Origin: Bacteroidales bacterium | GTDB taxonomy: Bacteria; Bacteroidota; Bacteroidia; Bacteroidales; VadinHA17 | Assembly (NCBI GenBank): GCA_012519515.1 | Contig: JAAYQC010000165.1 | Span: 1,753 to 65,752 of the forward strand | Direction: 5' to 3' | Length of the DNA: 64,000 nucleotides | In this document: positions 57,792 to 64,000 of the stretch, piece by piece | Numbering within the stretch: position 1 is the stretch's first letter | Layout of the letters: each line of letters opens with the position of its first letter | Position numbers and translations under genes: made by a program | Notes under the pieces: generated by a model | Seen by the model: the letters and a program-made list of their open reading frames with translations, nothing else | Database searches by the model: none | Told to the model about the DNA's origin: nothing

Positions 57792-58985
57792 ATGGCAAAA
57801 CGAACAATCGTTACCCTGCCCGGAGACGGCATCGGTAATATAGTTATGGAACAAGCTCTAAGAGTCCTTGATGCTTCAGGATTTGAAGCAGATTATGTAA
57901 ATGGCGATATTGGCTGGGAACTCTGGCGCGGGGAAGGTAACCCTTTACCTCAGAGAACCCTTGACCTTATCAGCACTCACAGGATAGCTCTTTTTGGAGC
58001 CATAACCTCAAAGCCCAACGAAGAAGCAAAGGCTGAACTCGATCCTTCGCTGAGGGATAAAGGCTTTGTTTATTCAAGCCCCATTGTCGGGCTTAGACAG
58101 AAATTCAATCTCGATATTTGTGTCAGACCCTGCAGATCGTACAAGGGAAATCCGCTGAACTTCATAAGGAGGGGAAGGGGAGGGGCAATTGAAGAGCCCG
58201 TGGTCGATGTGGTAATCTTCCGGCAAAATACCGAAGGACTGTACTCGGGAGTGGAATGGACCAATCCTCCCCAACAGGTTCATCAGGCACTGATGACTCA
58301 TCCTAAGTTCAGGTCAAATTATGGAAACGTACCTCCTGAGGAAATCTCAGTTTCAACAAGGATCTTTACCAGAAAAGCCACACAGCGGATACTTAACGCT
58401 GCCTTTGAACATGCAGTGAAATACGGATATAAATCGGTCACTGTCTGTGAAAAGCCAAATGTGATCAGGGAAACATCAGGCCTGATGTGGAAGATGGCGA
58501 AAGAGACACAGAAAAACTCCTTCCCCGGAATACAACTCCGTAATACAAATATTGATGCACAAATGATGTGGCTGACGAAAAACCCGGAAGATTACGGAGT
58601 GATTGTTGCCGGTAATATGTTCGGCGACATTGTTTCGGATGCTTTCGCCGGCCTTATAGGAGGACTTGGCTTTGCATGCAGCGCCCAGTTTTCGGAGGAC
58701 GGAATAGCAGTTTTTGAACCAACACACGGATCAGCTCCGAAATATGCAGGATACGAAATCCCTATCGTCAACCCGATAGCAATGATAGAATCAGCATGCA
58801 TGATGCTGGATTATATTGACGAAAAAGCCATTGCCGGAAGGATAAGAAATGCGGTAGCCCTGACGATAAGGGAAGGAAAGACCAAAACCTACGACATGAT
58901 GAAGATGACAGGTTCGCCGGATGTGGTCAGGAATGGAGCGGCATCGACCATTGAAATGACTGATGCAATAATTTCAAATCTTTAA
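57792..58985 (+). CDS. isocitrate/isopropylmalate dehydrogenase family protein (probable isocitrate dehydrogenase)
   Basis: LPGDGIG, SSPIVGLRQKFNLDICVRP, RQNTEGLYSG, NMFGDIVSD, HGSAP. Confidence 0.8.
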   Translation: MAKRTIVTLPGDGIGNIVMEQALRVLDASGFEADYVNGDIGWELWRGEGNPLPQRTLDLISTHRIALFGAITSKPNEEAKAELDPSLRDKGFVYSSPIVGLRQKFNLDICVRPCRSYKGNPLNFIRRGRGGAIEEPVVDVVIFRQNTEGLYSGVEWTNPPQQVHQALMTHPKFRSNYGNVPPEEISVSTRIFTRKATQRILNAAFEHAVKYGYKSVTVCEKPNVIRETSGLMWKMAKETQKNSFPGIQLRNTNIDAQMMWLTKNPEDYGVIVAGNMFGDIVSDAFAGLIGGLGFACSAQFSEDGIAVFEPTHGSAPKYAGYEIPIVNPIAMIESACMMLDYIDEKAIAGRIRNAVALTIREGKTKTYDMMKMTGSPDVVRNGAASTIEMTDAIISNL

Positions 58986-59554
58986 TGAAAAGGAGGCGGC
59001 AAATGAACGATACAGTTTACAAACTCTGGCCCGAGCTCGAATGGATAAAAGACGACTCACTGAGAGAGAAGACCGCGAAAACATGGGAAACAGCTCTCGA
59101 AAAAAGTGTTCTGACGGCTGATGATCTTGATACTATCCCTTTCACGCTGCTCTGTGGACCCGACATGAAGGTTAGCTTTATGGAACACAAGAGGTGCGTG
59201 GTTCATGTAGCAAAAGCCTGCGGTGAGATGATGAATCAGTTTTTCGGCGATAACCTGAGGGTGAACATGGACGTCCTGATAGCAGGCGCCATCCTTGCCG
59301 ATGTGGGCAAATTGCTTGAATATGAGCTGGATGAGAACGGAAAGGCCATCCAGGGCCGTTACGGGAAATACCTGCGACATCCTTTCTCGGGGGTTTCACT
59401 TGCAGAAGAATGCGGAGTACCGCCTGAGGTGTGCCATATAATAGCAGCTCATGCCAATGAGGGAGATCTTGTGAAACGGACAACAGAAGCCTATATCGTG
59501 CATCATGCCGATTTCATGACCTTTCTTCCGTTCAAAAGCAGGCTTGTTGTCTGA
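58985..59554 (+). CDS. HD-domain protein
   Basis: 189 aa with H..(V)HV...AILADVGK...AAHANEGD...VHHADF, resembling an HD phosphohydrolase metal site. The start overlaps the upstream stop (TAATG). Confidence 0.65.
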   Translation: MKRRRQMNDTVYKLWPELEWIKDDSLREKTAKTWETALEKSVLTADDLDTIPFTLLCGPDMKVSFMEHKRCVVHVAKACGEMMNQFFGDNLRVNMDVLIAGAILADVGKLLEYELDENGKAIQGRYGKYLRHPFSGVSLAEECGVPPEVCHIIAAHANEGDLVKRTTEAYIVHHADFMTFLPFKSRLVV

Positions 59555-59571
59555 AAAATAAGGAGCTCTCT

Positions 59572-61485
59572 TTAGCCGAGCTTCATCTTCTCTATCTCCT
59601 CCATGTTCCACTCATTGCATACATCCTTTGCATTGGGAGTGTAGAGGTAGTCTATAAGATTCATGTAGCGGTCCATGATCTTGCCCCTGACTATTTTCAT
59701 GGTAGAGTTCATAAGACCATTGTCTTCCGTGAATCCTTCTTCAAGGATGCCGATTGCGACGGGAAGCCATCTCTGCGGGAACATATGTCCGTATTTCCCG
59801 TTCGAACGGTATTCATTGACTTCATTCTCAAGAAGCATCGCTACGGCCCTTTTGCCATCATCGGAGTCGGCCGTGAGATTCTTTTCCTCGAGATATGACT
59901 TGAGAGCATGCTGATTCGGGACTACCAGAGCTACCGAATATGGCTTCTGGTTATTGTAAAGCATGCACTGATCGATATACTTCGACTGTTCCGAGATGGC
60001 CTCCTCGATTCCTTCAGGACTGAATTTCTCCCCGTCATCGGCAATCAGCAGGCTCTTGAACCGTCCAAGTACATAAAGGAATCCGTCATCCGTCATATAG
60101 CCCATGTCGCCGGTATACAGCCAGCCGTCCTTAATTGTCTCCCTTGTGGCTGCTTCATTTTTCCAGTAACCGTGCATGACATTGCCTCCCTTTATTACGA
60201 TCTCACCTTTTTCTCCGACAGGGAGTTCATTCCCGTCATCGTCGCATATCTTAAGTTCCATATTGCTTACAAGAACACCCGAGGAACCTAGCCTGTGACG
60301 GGCAGCTGAGTTTGATGAGATGACAGGTGAGGCTTCACTCAAACCATATCCCTGATACATCGGGATGCCGATTGCATAAAAGAAGCGCTGGAGCTCTATG
60401 TCGAGCAACGCACCGCCGCCAATGAAATAATCAAGCTCCCCGCCGAAATTCTCACGTATCTTTTTAAACAGGATCTTGTCGTAAAGGTCTATCAGCGGTT
60501 TTTTAAGCCTCTGCAGGCCGCGACCCTTGTTCCATCCTTCCTTGTTATACGAATATGATATTCTCATGGCATGATTGAAAAGAATCTCCGTCATCCTGCC
60601 CTTTTCCTTAATGCCTTTTTCAATGTTCTTCCGGAAATTCTTTGCAATGGCCGGAACACTCATCAGAAGGTTGGGCTTGATCTCCCTAAGACAGACCGGC
60701 ATGTTTCTGAGAGTTTCCATTGGAGTCCTTCCGGTTTTCACGGAGGCTACGCTGGCACCCTTGCCCATAAAGGCATATATGGCACAGGTGTGTCCGAATG
60801 AGTGATCCCACGGAAGAATCAGTAAAGTCTTGTAAAAAGATGGTATGTCCATCAGACTGTACGACTGGTAAACGTTGGTCACATAGTTGCTGTGAGTCAG
60901 AATAATTCCCTTGGGATCGGCTGTGGTGCCCGATGTATAGCATATATTGGCAAAATCAGAGGGTTTGACAGCTGAATGGATCTCATTGAACTTCTCACTG
61001 TTCCCGGGTAATTCAAGCCATTCCCTTCCTATTTTCCTGACTTCATTGAAATGAATCTCATTCTCTTCGTATTCCTCCTGGGTATCGAGATGTATTATCT
61101 TTTCAATGGTTTTGCATTCGCCTATAACAGGTTTGATCTTTGCCGCCTGTATCGAAGAGACAAGAACCATACGAGCTTCGGAATGATTGATTCTGAACTT
61201 GACCTCCTCAGTATTGAGCTTTACCGAAAGAGGGACATTTACAGCACCGGTATAGAGAATTCCAAGCTCACCGACTACCCAGTTGTTCCGTCCCTCGGAT
61301 ATCAGGCTCAGCCGGTCGCCCGGTTTTACTCCCATGGCAATAAGACCGGCTGCAAATTCATACACCTGCTTTCTGGTCTCACCATAGGTTGTTCCTTCAT
61401 ACTTGTCCTGGGGTTTCTCCCACAGATAAACGTTGCTTTCATATTTTTCAACACTCTCTTCGAAGAACTGAATTATTGATTTCAT
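59572..61485 (-). CDS. AMP-dependent (long-chain) acyl-CoA synthetase
   Basis: 637 aa. AMP-binding motif ICYTSGTTADPKGIILTH, YGLSEASP, GWLYTGDMGY. Confidence 0.9.
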   Translation of the reverse strand: MKSIIQFFEESVEKYESNVYLWEKPQDKYEGTTYGETRKQVYEFAAGLIAMGVKPGDRLSLISEGRNNWVVGELGILYTGAVNVPLSVKLNTEEVKFRINHSEARMVLVSSIQAAKIKPVIGECKTIEKIIHLDTQEEYEENEIHFNEVRKIGREWLELPGNSEKFNEIHSAVKPSDFANICYTSGTTADPKGIILTHSNYVTNVYQSYSLMDIPSFYKTLLILPWDHSFGHTCAIYAFMGKGASVASVKTGRTPMETLRNMPVCLREIKPNLLMSVPAIAKNFRKNIEKGIKEKGRMTEILFNHAMRISYSYNKEGWNKGRGLQRLKKPLIDLYDKILFKKIRENFGGELDYFIGGGALLDIELQRFFYAIGIPMYQGYGLSEASPVISSNSAARHRLGSSGVLVSNMELKICDDDGNELPVGEKGEIVIKGGNVMHGYWKNEAATRETIKDGWLYTGDMGYMTDDGFLYVLGRFKSLLIADDGEKFSPEGIEEAISEQSKYIDQCMLYNNQKPYSVALVVPNQHALKSYLEEKNLTADSDDGKRAVAMLLENEVNEYRSNGKYGHMFPQRWLPVAIGILEEGFTEDNGLMNSTMKIVRGKIMDRYMNLIDYLYTPNAKDVCNEWNMEEIEKMKLG

Positions 61486-61512
61486 TCGATATATAATTTA
61501 TTTTAATGGTCG

Positions 61513-61600
61513 GATGCCTGCCTGTCGGCAGACAGGGAACCGCACATGTTTGATAATTATATACATAAGTGTTTGTATATGCAATACATGTGGGTTTCAT
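61513..61600 (-). promoter_or_regulatory. repeated leader element, copy 2 (upstream of the acyl-CoA synthetase)
   Basis: Same ATGAAACCCACATGTAT... 5' block and the same 29-nt GGTTCCCTGTCTGCCGACAGGCAGGCATC 3' block as copy 1, ending 27 nt before the ATG. Confidence 0.6.
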
Positions 61601-61632
61601 CATGAACGTGGTTTTATGTTATTATATATGTA

Positions 61633-61667
61633 CTAACAATGTAATAACAACGTAATTACATTGTTAG
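61633..61667. promoter_or_regulatory. 13-bp perfect inverted repeat (candidate operator or leader hairpin)
   Basis: CTAACAATGTAAT - aacaacgta - ATTACATTGTTAG, located between the divergent acyl-CoA synthetase and SPOR genes. Confidence 0.5.
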
Positions 61668-61746
61668 ACCTGGTGTTTCAGGAGCCTAATATACAAAATC
61701 ATTTTAAATCATTTCCCTTTTTCAGGCAGCTAAAAAAGTTTTATCC

Positions 61747-61778
61747 TTTGGATTGGCTTTCAATATTTTGTATTTTTG
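61747..61778 (+). promoter_or_regulatory. Bacteroidota-type promoter for the SPOR-domain gene
   Basis: TTTG (61747-61750), 20 nt spacer, then TATTTTTG (61771-61778). Confidence 0.45.
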
Positions 61779-61830
61779 AAGTTTTAGTTTTTAGCTTTAG
61801 CCCTGTGTTAATTAATCTTAATTATCGATT

Positions 61831-62307
61831 ATGAGGCAAATTACGGTGTTTCTTCTGGCAGTATTGCTGGTTTTACCAGTGTCGTGTAAGAAAATAAAAC
61901 AGAATGGTCTTTTCGGTAAGAAGGCCAGAAAGCTTGAGATCTTGCTTGCCCAGCAGGACAGCATAAGAGTTGCCGATTCCATCAAACGGGCTGAGAACCG
62001 GCAAAAGGCTATCGAGGAAGCCAGACTTGACAGTCTTTTAAGGGCTGAACAGGAAAAGGCAGCCTATGAGGCGCAAATGAAAAAGTACAATATTGTCGTA
62101 GGAAGTTTTTTAACTCCGGAATATGCCAGGGCCTGGGCGGAAGAATATGTAAAGATGGGCTATGATCCGCAAATAATCAGGATGACCGACAGCATGTTCG
62201 AGCTTGTTGTGGCTGAATCGCATGAGAAATACGCACGCGCGGCACAAAGGCTTGAACAGTTCCGTGATACGGTGGAGATAGATGCCTGGATTTATGTAAG
62301 GAGATAA
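61831..62307 (+). CDS. SPOR-domain protein
   Basis: Signal/anchor, a coiled charged linker, then a C-terminal YNIVVGSFLTPEYARAWAEEYVKMGYDPQII...FELVVAES pattern typical of SPOR peptidoglycan-binding domains. Confidence 0.7.
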   Translation: MRQITVFLLAVLLVLPVSCKKIKQNGLFGKKARKLEILLAQQDSIRVADSIKRAENRQKAIEEARLDSLLRAEQEKAAYEAQMKKYNIVVGSFLTPEYARAWAEEYVKMGYDPQIIRMTDSMFELVVAESHEKYARAAQRLEQFRDTVEIDAWIYVRR

Positions 62308-62314
62308 GCTTCCG

Positions 62315-63577
62315 CTATCTGAATATAGTCGAATTCCTGTCGGGCCCCACGGATACTATAGTAATAGGTATTCCGGTCTGCTTTTCAATGAATTCAACAT
62401 AATTCCTCAGATTAAGAGGCAGTTCGTTGTATTTCCTTATTCCTGTAATATCTTCCTGCCAGCCAGGAAGTTCAGTGTAGACTGGCTCAATAGCAGCATT
62501 GTTATCATAAGGTCTCTGATCAACGTCCTGGCCATTAACCCTGTATGAGCTGCAGACCTTTATTGTGCTGAAACCTGAGAGGATATCCGACTTCATCATG
62601 AAAAGTCTGGTAACGCCGTTAATCATTATGGCATATCTGAGTGCCGGAAGATCGAGCCAGCCGCATCTTCTTGGCCTTCCCGTGGTTGCACCGAATTCAG
62701 ATCCTTTTTTCCTGAGCAGCTCTCCTGTTTCATCGTTCAGCTCGGTGGGGAAGGGACCGCTGCCCACCCTGGTGCAGTATGCCTTGAATATGCCGAATAT
62801 TTCATCGATGGTCTTTGGAGAAACACCCAAACCGGTGCAGGCTCCTGCACTGATAGTGTTTGACGAGGTAACATAGGGGTAGGAACCAAAATCCAGGTCA
62901 AGCATCGTGCCCTGAGCTCCCTCGGCCAGTACTTTCCTGCCAGCCGACAACATATCGTTTATAAGGTATTCCGTGTTTTCAACGCGGAACTTTTTCAGAA
63001 GATCAATGCCGGCAAACCAGTCCTTTTCATATTTGCTGATATCGCTTTCGTATTCGAGCTGCCTGAGCAGTTCAAGGTGTCCTGAACTAAGCCCCTCATA
63101 CATTTGCCTGAAATCCTTCAGCATTATATCGCCTGCTCGCAGACCGTTACGGCTCGTCTTGTCGGTGTACGTCGGTCCGATACCCTTCAGTGTTGACCCT
63201 ATCTTTAAATGGCCTTTCTTTTGCTCGTAAGCAGCATCGAGCATCCTGTGCGTGGGAAGAATAAGGTTTGCCCTTGAAGAAATTACAAGCCTTTTGGTCA
63301 ACTCTTCAAGCGGTATACCCAGATTATCAATCTCCTGACGGAAAACGGCAGGGTCAAGCACAACACCGTTCCCGATGATGTTGATCTTGCCCGGGTGGAA
63401 TATACCCGACGGGATAAGATGCAGTATGTGCTTGATATTGTTGAATTCAAGCGAGTGACCGGCATTGGGTCCTCCCTGGAAACGGGCAATAATATCATAA
63501 TCGGGACTCAGGGCATCCACAATCTTCCCCTTTCCTTCATCACCCCACTGAAGGCCAAGTAATATGTCAATCTTCAT
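62315..63577 (-). CDS. purA: adenylosuccinate synthase
   Basis: LGLQWGDEGKGKIVD, GIGPTY, GATTGRPRRCGWLD. Confidence 0.97.
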   Translation of the reverse strand: MKIDILLGLQWGDEGKGKIVDALSPDYDIIARFQGGPNAGHSLEFNNIKHILHLIPSGIFHPGKINIIGNGVVLDPAVFRQEIDNLGIPLEELTKRLVISSRANLILPTHRMLDAAYEQKKGHLKIGSTLKGIGPTYTDKTSRNGLRAGDIMLKDFRQMYEGLSSGHLELLRQLEYESDISKYEKDWFAGIDLLKKFRVENTEYLINDMLSAGRKVLAEGAQGTMLDLDFGSYPYVTSSNTISAGACTGLGVSPKTIDEIFGIFKAYCTRVGSGPFPTELNDETGELLRKKGSEFGATTGRPRRCGWLDLPALRYAIMINGVTRLFMMKSDILSGFSTIKVCSSYRVNGQDVDQRPYDNNAAIEPVYTELPGWQEDITGIRKYNELPLNLRNYVEFIEKQTGIPITIVSVGPDRNSTIFR

Positions 63578-63727
63578 GATGTATCCTCAAAATTAAAATC
63601 ACGGTTCCGAAGTTACAAAATAATCAATGCTTGTATCACGTTTATAATATTATGTTGATAAATGAGGAAAACTCATGCTACAGTTTTGTTTTACAGGCTA
63701 GATAAACTGATTAATTGGCTTAGAAAA

Positions 63728-63808
63728 ATGAAACCCGCGTATATCAAATGTATAAACACATATTTATCTGATTTTCATTCATATGCTTTTTGCCGCTTGA
63801 GCGGGGTA
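63728..63808 (+). promoter_or_regulatory. repeated leader element, diverged copy 3 (upstream of the outer-membrane protein gene)
   Basis: ATGAAACCCGCGTATATCAAATGTATAAACA..., then an A/T-rich stretch, then a GC hairpin (GCCGCTTGAGCGGGG), then ~29 nt to the ATG. Same architecture as copies 1 and 2. Confidence 0.45.
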
Positions 63809-63837
63809 CAATCAAAACATTAAATTAAAACTATATT

Positions 63838-64000
63838 ATGATGAAAAAAGTCGTTATTCTTCTTTTATTTTCAGCGTTTGCACTGAATTCATTCGCTCAA
63901 AGCGAAGTGACTGTTGCACCTGAAAAGAATGTACTGAAAGTAAATACATTGTCGCTCCTTGTTGGAACCGGCTCCATCTTCTACGAAAGGGAGATTTCGG
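63838..64000 (+). CDS. outer-membrane beta-barrel/porin-like protein, C-terminus cut by window edge
   Basis: Open frame to the window end. MMKKVVILLLFSAFALNSFAQ signal peptide, followed by a beta-strand-like LKVNTLSLLVGTGSIFYERE. Confidence 0.6.
   Translation, partial: MMKKVVILLLFSAFALNSFAQSEVTVAPEKNVLKVNTLSLLVGTGSIFYEREIS

Noticed and set aside
63578-63727. Purine riboswitch upstream of purA
   Set aside because: The reverse complement lacks the conserved UAUAAU...GUUUCUACC...CCGUAAA junction sequences.

Overview
The window looks like a chromosomal segment from a Bacteroidota (probably Bacteroidales-like) genome. Support for this: a T9SS type-B C-terminal sorting domain, several TTTG-N19-21-TAnnTTTG promoter boxes, no Shine-Dalgarno sequences, and an epimerase/carboxyltransferase/OadG/biotin-carrier methylmalonyl-CoA decarboxylase operon. 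It is densely coding, with about 50 CDS and one tRNA-Ser(UGA), and mostly housekeeping. Recognisable genes include the PEP/pyruvate node (pckA, ppdK, pyk), shikimate genes (aroQ, aroB, aroC), htpG, proS, tilS, purA, plsY, nth, xerD, HU, rubrerythrin, rubredoxin, two aminotransferases, a LytTR response regulator and a PAS/GAF hybrid histidine kinase. I saw no rRNA, CRISPR array, transposase, phage gene or recognisable defence gene.

The observations most worth a second look:
1. larB-larE-larC (nickel-pincer cofactor synthesis) with no larA in the window. These genes face a Tat-signal DUF362 protein plus a membrane polyferredoxin. The DUF362 His/His/Lys/His spacing resembles what I recall of the LarA cofactor site.
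2. A roughly 85-nt leader element in three copies, each just upstream of a start codon (larC, an acyl-CoA synthetase, an outer-membrane protein). Two copies share an identical 29-nt GC-rich segment that can fold into two mutually exclusive hairpins.
3. A 0.9-kb ORF-poor gap containing three exact-period 65-bp degenerate tandem repeats and a run of small GC hairpins.
4. A roughly 285-bp compound microsatellite between two convergent genes.
5. An extremely Tyr-rich and Ser-rich lipoprotein next to a FadL-like barrel.
6. A methylmalonyl-CoA decarboxylase operon whose expected membrane beta-subunit position is occupied by a citD-citE fusion and citF.

All functional calls rest on motif recognition by eye, and no database search was run.
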